A stretch of DNA of 64,000 nt. Origin: Nemertoderma westbladi (taxonomy: Eukaryota > Animalia > Xenacoelomorpha). The notes below the pieces were generated by a model. The model was not told the origin of the DNA. It made no database searches and worked only from the letters and a program-made list of their open reading frames with translations. Position numbers and translations under genes: made by a program. Below are positions 42,669-53,632 of this stretch, in pieces (the first letter of the stretch is position 1; the number at the start of each line of letters is the position of its first letter). The stretch is from positions 10,074 through 74,073 of the forward strand of contig JAUCBJ010007556.1 of assembly GCA_032718475.1 (NCBI GenBank), given 5' to 3'.

Positions 42669-44119
42669 ATATGAGATAAAATGTGAGTGTTTGACATATG
42701 CAATGTAGAGTTTGGATTTGGTAGAGTTTGGAAAATGCAAATTATTGATCCAAACTCGACCATATTCATGTCCAAACTCAACATTCTGCAGTTAAGCAGT
42801 TCGAAACTCTACCATCTTAATTGCCAAACTCTTACAAATTATCACTGTTGTAAGCAGTGTGATATTGAGAGGGAAGTTTAAATTTGAAACTGAATTCTAA
42901 AACTTTAATCATTATTTTTAATAATTTATGCTGACTGCTGAAACATTCTATAGTCAGTCTGTATGTAGCAGGGTTAAGTAATTTATAATCTACTTTAAAC
43001 AAAATTATAAATTAATAGTTACTGTTGAATAGAGCCGGTTTGTCTATCGACCAGTTCAGACTGAAGTAGTTTCTGTTTTAAAGAGTTTCAGTTTGGCTTA
43101 CTGCCAGATCGCTCACCCATGGTTGTATTCCCCGGCTTAATGAGTCTTGAGGATTCTCGGAATTTATCAACTTTGATGTGATTTATTTAACAATAAATGA
43201 TGATAAATCATCCATATTTACAAGGACCAAACTCGACACAAAATTGTAGAGTTTGGAAAAGGAATCCAAACCCTACACCAGGAAAAGTAGAGTTTGACTG
43301 CAATTTTACGTTTTCTGCCCATAATTTCTTAGCTTTTGAATATCTTTATGTTTTATTGTCAGATTCGCAATCAGTGGAAAAAATGCAATCGAATGATATA
43401 TACTTCTACCACTTTCCCCGACAGACACTTTTCACAGACACTTACATTGAGTAAGGTTAACATCATCACTCATAACTTTAGAATTACATATCTATTAACA
43501 AACAGTTTAAAGTTTTGGAATCCTCATAAAAGTCCGCACCAAGTGGGATTAAACTAAAATTGTTTAGAATTAGCCAACCCACCCCCCCCCCCCCCCCCCC
43601 CCACCCCTTACTTTTCAAAGCGCTTTTTTTCAATCTTATAACCTCTACAGATACTAATTACATACAAACTGTTCAAATCAACATTAATGAGATATGCAGC
43701 AATATAGGCATTTCCACTAAAAACAAGACTTCCAATTACTTCATAGTCTCATTCGAACACAATGATTGACTTAGTGGGTATAGACACACGTAATCAATAT
43801 TAGCAGTTTTAGCCATATTAGCATTTTGAGCAACAAATAACAGATCAGTTGTTTAGGTTTGGAGAATGAGCGTTTTTTGAGTTATGAGTCAATTTACAAT
43901 GTTATTATATTTAAAATTACTATCGACCAACCCCCCTCCTAATAGAGGCATTACAAAGACGTTGCCTTTTACGTGGCTCGCCCCAGACTTGAATCATTGG
44001 GAATAAGTTCGCATGAAGTCTCAATTGGAAATAAGTAAGGGAACCGTATATTAGTACCGGTGGTATGGGTATACAGTATAATAATATCATCGAATATATA
44101 GCAGTATAAGGATGAAACG

Positions 44120-44784
44120 TTATTGGTTGGACGACTGCTGGGAAGATTGCTGCTGCAGCTGATGGGAACATACGAGCAACGCATCGTGGATATCCCGAGC
44201 GCTGTTTATCTGAGTCTTTATAAGGGAGAGATAGTGGGAGTAGGATTGCGTGGCCTCCTGCGGGGGTTGTCCAGGACTCTGGTCCGGGTTAGGGGTGGGG
44301 CGTCCCCATACTCATGGGATGAGGGGACGTTAAGGGGCGTGTTACGTGAGCTGTCCGCCCCCTGCGAGATGCATTCGTAGGCGAGTCGCAGGTTGAGATC
44401 GGCCTGGTCGCAGACCGAGTAGAACTCCTCCAATGCGCGATCGACCCTCGGGGCGTTACTCTCCAGCCCAACGAATTGGTTCACGTCGATCTGGGCGTTC
44501 TGGCTGAAGTTCAACCCCGCGACTTTCAGTAGATTCGTGACGCTTTCTTTGAGTCGCGGAATGATCGCCTTAAACTCGTCAATGGGATCGGTTCGCGCGA
44601 CACCGCTGGGAATCGCCACGCCTATTTGTTCCGAAATCGGACCTGGTGGATGTTGTTGTTGCTGGGGAGATGGCATGGGTTGTTGCATGTGTTGTTGTTG
44701 CTGGAAGTGTTGCATTCCAGCCAGCATAGCCGGAGATTGGCCTCCGCTAAGGTGCTGCGGAGTCTGGGGACTGGCGTAGGCCAT
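44120..44784 (-). CDS. MED29: Mediator subunit 29 (intersex), single exon, with an apparent 1-bp frameshift near 44290
   Basis: DPIDEFKAIIPRLKESV..RVDRALEEFYSVCDQ..LRLAYEC matches the Med29 core. The conserved C-terminus YSHYLSLIKTQINSARDIHDALLVC is in another frame, ending at TAA 44120-44122. Confidence 0.92.
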
Positions 44785-45266
44785 AATTATGTAGGCCTAT
44801 GAGACAGCTGGGCGTGGGTGAATTCAGACAGATAGGTGACGGTCCCGGTGAGGTACAGCTGTACAGAGACTGACGGTGAATTTAGCTGACACACTACCGA
44901 TTAACGAGTATACCGACCTGCCGACTGAGCGACACATTAAGCAAGGTGCCAACTTTTCATTTAGGGCTACTCATCTCACGTGGCGTGGGTTAAACTGAAC
45001 TCAGTATTCGTATGCATACGATAGCTATCGTATTTGCCTATCCCTATCGTATTTGAGTCAATCGTATTTGAGTCAACCGTACAGCCGTATAGCCTACAGA
45101 TATCTGCGCTGCACTTGTTACAGCCTACTACTGTACTAAGTAGTACTACTGTAGCTTCTTGTACTTGGTTATTATTGGTTCATTTATCCTTCCTTGCCTT
45201 ACAGCCTTAACTTTACCAGCTTACTGCATACTGTAATACAGGTTAACATTAATTAATCATTGAAAT

Positions 45267-46658
45267 TGTTGTGTCCTCTACGGTAGGGGACTACCCTACA
45301 GCCTACAAATCTACTAATACGAAGCTATAGAATATCTCTATCCGTAAAGTCCAGTAGTATACCGCTTACCAGATCCTAGTAACGATGTATCTTACTAGTA
45401 ACTTGCCGCGGTGTGATTTATATGGTTTATATACGAGCTAGGTGGGTTACAGACCTAGCGTAACAATACTGATCTCCCTGTCTGAATCAGCCTAAAAGGG
45501 GTCGTGCCTAAATGTAACAATAACTGATCCCCCTGTACGAAATCAGTCTAAGAAGGGTCGGGCCTAATGTAACAATAACTGATGCTCTAGGCAAACAACA
45601 GTTTAATAACGAAAATGAAATACTCCCTCTTGCCGTAACTAAATATCAGATCCTAATTTTACAAATACCGAAAGTACGATAAATATATTCTGCCTAAAGT
45701 GATCTAAAGTGCGCTATAACTAGTAGAATTCTAAGGGTAAATATGTTTTAGGGCGTGTGTGTGTGTGTGTGGGTGTGTTACAATAAAACAATTTTGGTGT
45801 ATATCATTTCACTAGGGTTTAGTGATTTTCTGACCGAAATAATACCATGCAGCCGTGCGCTAGCTACTAAAATAAGCTAGTCGCGTTTGTAGAACTTTAT
45901 ACTTACAAATGACGTCAAAGCTCTCTCCTTCCTATCCACAACTCAACTGGGCAACCACGGTGTTAGTAACTACACCCGTGATCGGCACAAATACCAGATT
46001 CTGGTTGTAAGATAAGAAATAGGGGTTAATTGCTACCGTACGTTAGCTGATCTGGTATACAAATTTGATTCTAGAACTTTGTTGCTGCGGTAGTTAGCAG
46101 CAATACCTATCAGTACGTGGCAGCGTGGCAAGGCGTGGTAGGATATTAATAAAACCTCCCTAGGCCAAGCCGTGTGCCTGTAGCAGTAATACTCCTTGCC
46201 TGATCAAATAACCAACTTCAGGCAGGGGGGGGGGGGGGGGGGGGGCGGTGGGTACTAATGTATATTCTACAGAGCGAACCGGTACCAAACGGTCAGTACT
46301 GCGAATCACTAAATTATGAAACATATGCTGTCTGTACCTAATATGTACTCGCGTACTGACGGACGGCAATAATTCGCACCTGTGAGGTATACAGGTAACC
46401 CAGGGATTCACACTACTGACAAGGGGGGGGGGGGGGGGGGGGGGGGTTCTGCCTAAAATATAGTTATTTGATCCTAAATTTGCGGCGTCCCAGGACGGCG
46501 TCACGCTTACCCTGATCTATAGGTCTTACGTCGGGCAAGGGCGTCAAACAAAGTCTTACCTTCCTCATAAAGCGGGCGCTGCATGGCAAGTGGAGTATCT
46601 CGAAGGGCGAAGGGGGTGCGCGGTCTAAGCTAATGTGGGCGCTAGCGTGTTGTGGACA
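45267..46658 (-). repeat. BEL/Pao LTR copy 1 (terminal 3' LTR; 280-bp internal deletion)
   Basis: Sense TGTCC...CACAACA, preceded by the purine tract GGGAAAGGA. Near-identical to 49222-50852 except that it lacks 49351-49630. Flank GAAAT (45262-45266) is a candidate TSD. Confidence 0.85.
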
Positions 46659-46787
46659 TCCTTTCCCTGCGTTGCTGACGGCCTAACGGTCTAGGCGGCC
46701 ATCTTCCCGATGCTTGTTTGTCCCAAAGTTGGACGTTCAGAAAAGTACATGTTCAGAAGTTGATAGTATATTTACAGTTTACAAAAC

Positions 46788-48079
46788 GAGTTCGAGTTTA
46801 GTTCGAACTGGAGCTGCATCTCCCTTTCGCGTTGATCTGTTTCCTGTTGTTGTACCGCTAACTCCGCTTCCTGTATAGCTAAACGAGTGTTTATTTGTCG
46901 CGCTTCCAACTTGACACGAGCGTCGGATGCTGCTTTCTTCCGTGCTAACTCAGCTGCGTTTACCGCCGCAACTCGCGCTAGCTCGTCAGCCGCTGCCTGT
47001 CATACTAACTCGTCAGCTGCTGCCGCCTGTCGTGCTAACTCGTCAGCTGCTGCCGCCGCGGCCGCTTCTCGCGCTAAGTCCTCCTCCAGTCTCCGCATCT
47101 CTGATGCTTTGAACTCAGCCTGCGCTTGAAGTTTCGCAAGTTTCGCTACATCCTCTCTGCGCTGTCTTTCTCCTTCGATGGCGATATGCGCCATCTGCCG
47201 TTGCGCTTCTTCCTTGACGACTTGTTGTCGGCGTGCGACCTCATGTTGTTGTCGAGTAATTACAGACGCTGTTCTACTAACGTCGCCAACGTCGCTCCGC
47301 ACACTAACGAACGATCTATCCAGTGGTGGATTTTGGTAGGCTCGCGAGCCTTCCGTAGTAAGAACTTCCGTCGTCCCTTGCGGTTCGACTTCCGGTTCTT
47401 CGATCGGTACGCCGTTTCTACGAAGAAAATTGGTGAGCGTCCCTAACCTCCCGTCCAGGCAGTATAGTTCTTCTTCCTCTTCGGGTTGTAACAACGCGTC
47501 CGAAACTGACTCACCTAGCAGTTGGTCTAACTGCTCCTGTTGAGCCGATCTTATTTCTGACTTAAACTGGATAATGCTTTCTCTCGCACTTACCAATTTA
47601 TCTATTATCTTTACCTGAGTAAAGTTGTCTCCACGCAACTCTGCAAGTTCGTGTAAACCTTTCAGTTTATCTACGGAGGCATGTACCCTACTTTCTATCC
47701 TTACCTGTAAGGTGTAGAACTCGTATCTCGACATCGGGGTGGTTAACTCGCTTAAAACGCGAAAACCTTCTCCGAGGTTTCGAGTAATCTGGGCCATGTG
47801 TCCTCCTATACTTCTAATGACATTTTCTTGGCTTCCCGCCAAGCTTACCATGTCTGGTTCCCGTGACCTAGTCTGCGGGACTGCAAGGAAATCCTCGATC
47901 CTGCCGTCGCCACGCATTGCGGCTTCCGGTATTTCCGTTTGGGGTACCGGCGACGCACGCGGTGTGACATCGGTGGAATCTCGGGTTCTCCTTCTCGGTT
48001 CGTCTACTGTCGATCTGTCCGGGTCGCACGAGTCATAGTCGGTAGGGGGGTATCGAGTCAAATGCGGTGTGTCACTCAT
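46788..48079 (-). pseudogene. 5' part of gag of an internally deleted second unit of the BEL element
   Basis: Coiled-coil and Ala-rich ORF after the LTR and ~1.1-kb 5' UTR. Contains the element's 20-nt hairpin. An in-frame TGA at 47000 interrupts a repeat. Homology breaks at 46788 into 3' UTR sequence identical to 50853-50981. Confidence 0.7.
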
Positions 48080-49040
48080 GTCTTATTATATACGTCAAGT
48101 ACGGGTAATAAAATGTCAAAGTATCTGAATGTTGAAATGTCAAACTTACCTTGGCATATATAGTGCATATATACCCTAACCGGTACAAATAAATCAACAA
48201 AGTCAGAATGTCGAAATGTCAAAATGTCGAAATGTCCAAATGTCAAACTTACCTTGATATATATATATCATATATATACCCTAACCAGTACAAATAAAAC
48301 TAACAAAGTATATAATAAAATATGTAATAATCTAGCCTACCAGCTAAATTTGTACGAATAAATGAGATAACGGTATACGTTACCAAAATGTAGATCAACA
48401 AGTACAAATAATAGGCAAAACAGCAACGTCTAATGGGAAAATAAGTACCAATAACACTACTAATTAGACAGTGAAACCCACAAATTTTGAGTACTACTGT
48501 GCTTTCTTAAGTTTGAACGACACGAGTCATAAAACTTACGCTCCTTTGATCTTCCAGTCGTGCAAATTCCCAAATACAAACCGGACGTGGGTCTTTCGGT
48601 TTTTCGGTGGCGCGGACGAATTTTTTGTCTCCCAAACTTTGCGAAAAGCGGTCTAATCCTCGAAGCGGTCCAGAAATGAGTCCTTGAGTCCTGAAAAGTT
48701 GAAGGTGAGAGTTTTACTTCTACTCTACGAAAATCTTCCTAGGTAACGATACAACTTGGTCTTTAAACCCTATGTACCTTTTCAAGTACCGAAAATAACA
48801 CCGCACACACACGGCGTAAAACAAAATGCTACAAACTAACTATTAGCTAGTCAAATATTAAATACAAAAGTACTAGCTACCCTAAAAGCCTACTGAAGCA
48901 GGGGACGTTCTACAAATTACTAAATTTTACTAACCTTAAGATTTTAAATATCTCCTACTTACAATAGCTAACAATATATATTTATTTATATCTCACTTTA
49001 AAATGCGCACGCACCTTCAGTTAAGATATTTAATAAAATG

Positions 49041-49228
49041 TATACCTCACTGTTGTGAGGTAAACAAACATATACCACTGCAAAGTATATCTCTCACTTT
49101 CGTAAGAAAAATATACCTCACTGTTGTGAGGGATCAATACTATACACTAATTTGTATAATATATACCTCACTGTTGTGAGGGATCAATACTATACACTAA
49201 TTTGTATAATATATACCTCACTGTTGTG
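49041..49228 (-). repeat. 50-bp tandem repeats with CCTCAC-AACA-GTGAGG hairpins at the expected PBS position
   Basis: TATACCTCACTGTTGTG occurs four times (~49041, 49112, 49162, 49212). Confidence 0.85.
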
Positions 49229-50852
49229 TCCTCTACGGTAGGGACTACCCTACAGCCTACAAATCTACTAATACGAAGCTATAGAATATCTCTATCCGTA
49301 AAGTCCAGTAGTATACCGCTTACCAGATCCTAGTAACGATGTATCTTACTGTAAGACTCTAGTAATGAAACGGGCTCGTACAGTATCTGACAACAAATCC
49401 CGGTCCAGGATATCTAAACAAACAGATACAATACACAAACTACTACTGGCGAGGAGCAGAGCCTGGTGTCTATTCTATGTACGTGAGCGGGTCTAATGCC
49501 TACGAACTAGACAAAAGGATACCTGTCCTCTAACCGGTATGGCAGATGTACAGTTACAGTAACAGACCAAACTCACGGGAAAACAATCCCCGCGCAGCGA
49601 ATCCTAACTATCGCTGACAGTCCTAAATACAGTAACTTGCCGCGGTGTGATTTATATGGTTTATATACGAGCTAGGTGGGTTACAGACCTAGCGTAACAA
49701 TACTGATCTCCCTGTCTGAATCAGCCTAAAAGGGGTCGTGCCTAAATGTAACAATAACTGATCCCCCTGTACAATATCAGTCTAAGAAGGGTCGGGCCTA
49801 ATGTAACAATAACTGATGCTCTAGGCAAACAACAGTTTAATAACGAAAATGAAATACTCCCTCTTGCCGTAACTAAATATCAGATCCTAATTTTACAAAT
49901 ACCGAAAGTACGATAAATATATTCTGCCTAAAGTGATCTAAAGTGCACTATAACTAGTAGAACTCTAAGGGTAAATATGTTTTAGGGCGTGTGTGTGTGG
50001 GTGTGTTACAATAAAACAATTTTGGTGTATATCATTTCACTAGGTTTTAGTGATTTTCTGACCGAAATAATACTGTGCGCTAGCTACTAAAATAAGCTAG
50101 TCGCGTTTGTAGAACTTTATACTTACAAATGACGTCAAAGCTCTCTCCTTCCTATCCACAACTCAACTGGGCAACCAGGGTGTTAGTAACTACACCCGTG
50201 ATCGGCACAAATACCAGATTCTGGTAGTAAGATAAGAAATAGGGGTTAATTGCTACCGTACGTTAGCTGATCTGGTATACAAATTTAATTCTAGAACTTT
50301 GTTGCTGCGGTAGTTAGCAGCAATACCTATCAGTACGTGGCAAGGCGTGGTAGGATATTAATAAAACCTCCCTAGGCCAAGCGGTGTGCCGGTAGCAGAA
50401 ATACTCCTTGCCTGATCAAATAACCAACTTCAGGCAGGGGGGGGGGGGGGTACTAATGTATATTCTACAAAGCGAACCGGTACCAAACGGTCAGTACTGT
50501 GAATCACTAAATTATGGAACATATGTTGTCTGTACCTAATATGTACTCGCGTACTGACGGACAGCAATAATTGTGATGGTAACTGTGAGGTATACAGGTA
50601 ACCCAGGGATTCACACTACTGACAAGGGGGGGGGGGGGGGTTCTGCCTAAAATATAGTTATTTGATCCTAAATTTGCGGCGTCCCAGGACGGCGTCACGC
50701 TTACCCTGATCTATAGGTCTTACGTCGGGCAAGGGCGTCAAACAAAGTCTTACCTTCCTCATAAAGCGGGCGCTGCATGGCAAGTGGAGTATCTCGAAGG
50801 GCGAAGGGGGTGCGCGGTCTAAGCTAATGTGGGCGCTAGCGTGTTGTGGACA
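49222..50852 (-). repeat. BEL/Pao LTR copy 2 (~1.63 kb, shared between the two tandem units)
   Basis: TGT...ACA ends, purine tract at 50853-50861, TATA-like GTATATAAA near 49660-49668, ~54-bp tandem repeats upstream of it. Confidence 0.85.
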
Positions 50853-51270
50853 TCCTTTCCCTGCGTTGCTGACGGCCTAACGGTCTAGGCGGCCATCTTC
50901 CCGATGCTTGTTTGTCCCAAAGTTGGATGTTCAGAAAAGTACATGTTCAGAAGTTTATAGTATATTTACAGTTTACAAAACTTTATCAAATAGAATTGCC
51001 AAATAGTTTCGACAAGAAACTAGGTAAACTAAGGAAGGGATAAGTTAAGGTGATAACTAGTGATAACCGAAGGCAAACCAGCCCTTTATATACTAAATCT
51101 GGGACATAGAATCCACTAGAATTTTCTAGAGTATTCCATGGCCTCACATTGGAGCAATAAGATATTCCATGCCCTATGATTGGCCCAACTCATCGTTCCA
51201 TGTGTTGTACGCACCTCATTGGTTTGTCAATTTGTATGAAATGAAAATAAATTGCCCCAAAATGCAAATT

Positions 51271-51340
51271 TCCCGACTGGGATTCGAACTCGTAACCTAT
51301 GTAATGCAACCAACGCCTTAACCATCTGACCACTACGCCA
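51271..51340 (-). pseudogene. tRNA-like (Pol III A/B-box) segment in the retrotransposon 3' UTR
   Basis: GGCGTAGTGGTCAGATGGTTAAGGCG...GAGTTCGAATCCC. D-arm plausible, anticodon and acceptor arms degenerate. Confidence 0.6.
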
Positions 51341-52129
51341 CGAGATTAACTAGGGGTTTTATGTGTACTGATATGAATAGGCATATTACATTACTGTAAC
51401 TTAATCAAAATGCGTCGGATTTTCGAAAGTTTTTACGTTATACTACAAATGCTATCCTATAGTGAAATAATTCATCACCGCTCCATGAAAACAGTAAGTA
51501 AGACTGTTTTCACCAATCGAAATACAAACTTATTTACAAATACTTCTAAATCTACTGGTAGGGCCTAAAATATAAAATAATCACTATCGAATTATTGCAT
51601 ACTTAATATTGCAGGTACGGCGTAAATACAATCTATCATACATACAAAATACAAATTTACCAATCAACTTTAGTGCATAAAATACAAAAAAAGGCTTTCG
51701 GTTATCAAGATAAACAAATTAAACAAATCAGAACAAAATAAATCAAAACAAATCGAACAAATAATTTCAAATCTTTCAATAAGTTTTATATATTGTAAAT
51801 ATACATAATAAATTCACTAAATTAAATCAGTCCAAATATAAAATAAACATAATGCGCTAATAATCTTTCAAATAAATCCCAAAGTGTCCTCCTGACAATC
51901 TTAAAAGTTCGTCCTGCTGGTCTGGATATATTCTCCTGAGCACTAATTGCTAACGGTAGGCTCGCAAGCCTTCCTTCTCTATCTCGCTCCTCCAAACCCA
52001 ATTTCCAATATAAATACTCAAATATAAAGTGTCCAAATATAATATCCCAATATAAAGTGTCCAAATATAATATCCCAATATAAACATCCAAATCGGTAGG
52101 CTCGCAAGCCTTCCTTTCTTCTCGCTTTT

Positions 52130-53632
52130 CTATTCCTTGGCCGAACGGGCTCGTCCACACCCTCTAGTACGACTGGGTGGTGGTCGAGGTCGAACTGGAC
52201 TCGGACTTCGGTGTCGAGTTGTCGGTGGTTCCAAAACGCTAGGAAATGGGACGACGGGAGTTTCGCACATCCATTGTGCGCTCAGTCCTCTAAATCCTCG
52301 TCCGATTCCAATCGTCGGCTTAACATCGGATCGAGTTTCTACAATGCTGGGAGGAAGTCGAAGGGGTGGGACTGTTCCGTCCGTTGACACCTCGCTCTCT
52401 GATGTCGTTTGAATCCTAATGGGTTCCGGCAAAGCGTATCCTGTCCCTCCGCGTGGTTCTCTAGCAAGGGAAACCGTGCCCCGAGTCATCCGGATTTGCG
52501 ACTTCGATGTCATCCTCTCGGCGACATTTACTACTTTCTTTATCTCTTGTCCGGCCTTTTGGGCTCTAAGTATACGAAGTTGCGGATCATCCTGTGGGTG
52601 ACGCGTCTTTTGAGCTAACGGCGTGGCCTTGAAGCCAGTCTCACGCAAAACGTCGGTCTCGTCTAGAATGCACGAGGTTACTCGTTTGTGATAAAATGCG
52701 CTCCTGTATGCCCAAGCTATCGAATGCCAGGCTCCTCGATTCCGCTGTTCAACTCGCAATTTGTCGAATTCCCCGGCGGTAATCTTGTTCACCACAGTTT
52801 GAAAGTTCCAAGTATTCTTGTTGTCAGGGTGTACCTGTAGAAAGTAGTCCCGCACAACTTTAAATCCGCTATCCAGTGGCAATATATCCAGCACCTCCAA
52901 AAGTTCGTCGTATTGAGGCATAGCCGACACGTATCCTTCCTTCGACATTATGAGAGGGTTTACGGCCCAAAATCCTAAGTGTGCTCTCATAGGGAAACGG
53001 CGTCGCTGCGTTGATACATGCTCGTCTGCTAGATTCTCCCAATGGTCGAATAGCTGTCGAACGATTTTAACTGACATATGCTCATAGGGGACGTCTCTAA
53101 GTTGACATTCGGATGCCCTATGGCCTTTAATATTACAATACGTGCACTGCGCCACGAAACGCCAGCAAGTGCAGAAAGTGTGCAAACGCTGATCCCCGCA
53201 CCAGTTGCATACCAAGTCCGGTAGAGATATGTGTTTCGCTCCGCATTTCTTTGCGTGGTGGCCAGTTGCCCCGCATCTGCCACAAATAGTGTTGGCAGGG
53301 TACCAAACTCGCTCATAGATAAGATCTCCGATGGGGCGAGCGCTATCGTCCACGTGATAATTCTCATCATCCGGGTCAGTCGGTATGTTCGTCTCCGTGG
53401 GTTGTACACAAACCATGGCATCGCTTTTCTCCAACTCGCATATTTCAGTTCGCGTCTTCCTTGGAAGGTTCTCCTCTATTTCTATGAGTTGCCGCAACGG
53501 TTCGTCTATTATCGCCAACTCGGTCGGATCCACATCGTCGTGATGGGCGGTAGGCTCGCGAGCCTTCCAGGATCCTTCCGGGCCTTTGAATTCCGCGTGG
53601 CATTCCTCGTCATAGGGTACTAACGTTAACAT
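52130..53632 (-). CDS. Retrotransposon accessory ORF-C: three CCHC-type zinc knuckles
   Basis: 500 aa with CGRCGATGHHAKKC, CNWCGDQRLHTFCTC and CTYCNIKGHRASEC. Located between integrase and the 3' LTR. Confidence 0.8.
   Translation of the reverse strand: MLTLVPYDEECHAEFKGPEGSWKAREPTAHHDDVDPTELAIIDEPLRQLIEIEENLPRKTRTEICELEKSDAMVCVQPTETNIPTDPDDENYHVDDSARPIGDLIYERVWYPANTICGRCGATGHHAKKCGAKHISLPDLVCNWCGDQRLHTFCTCWRFVAQCTYCNIKGHRASECQLRDVPYEHMSVKIVRQLFDHWENLADEHVSTQRRRFPMRAHLGFWAVNPLIMSKEGYVSAMPQYDELLEVLDILPLDSGFKVVRDYFLQVHPDNKNTWNFQTVVNKITAGEFDKLRVEQRNRGAWHSIAWAYRSAFYHKRVTSCILDETDVLRETGFKATPLAQKTRHPQDDPQLRILRAQKAGQEIKKVVNVAERMTSKSQIRMTRGTVSLAREPRGGTGYALPEPIRIQTTSESEVSTDGTVPPLRLPPSIVETRSDVKPTIGIGRGFRGLSAQWMCETPVVPFPSVLEPPTTRHRSPSPVRPRPPPSRTRGCGRARSAKE

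Noticed and set aside
49350-49631. TG...CA-bounded segment present only in LTR2 (nested solo LTR?)
   Set aside because: No target-site duplication; a deletion in LTR1 explains it.
46160-50698. Poly-Pro ORFs and long G-runs in the LTRs
   Set aside because: Homopolymer tracts differ in length between the LTR copies and the frame is not conserved.
51271-51340. Functional tRNA gene
   Set aside because: Acceptor and anticodon stems do not pair properly; reported only as tRNA-like.
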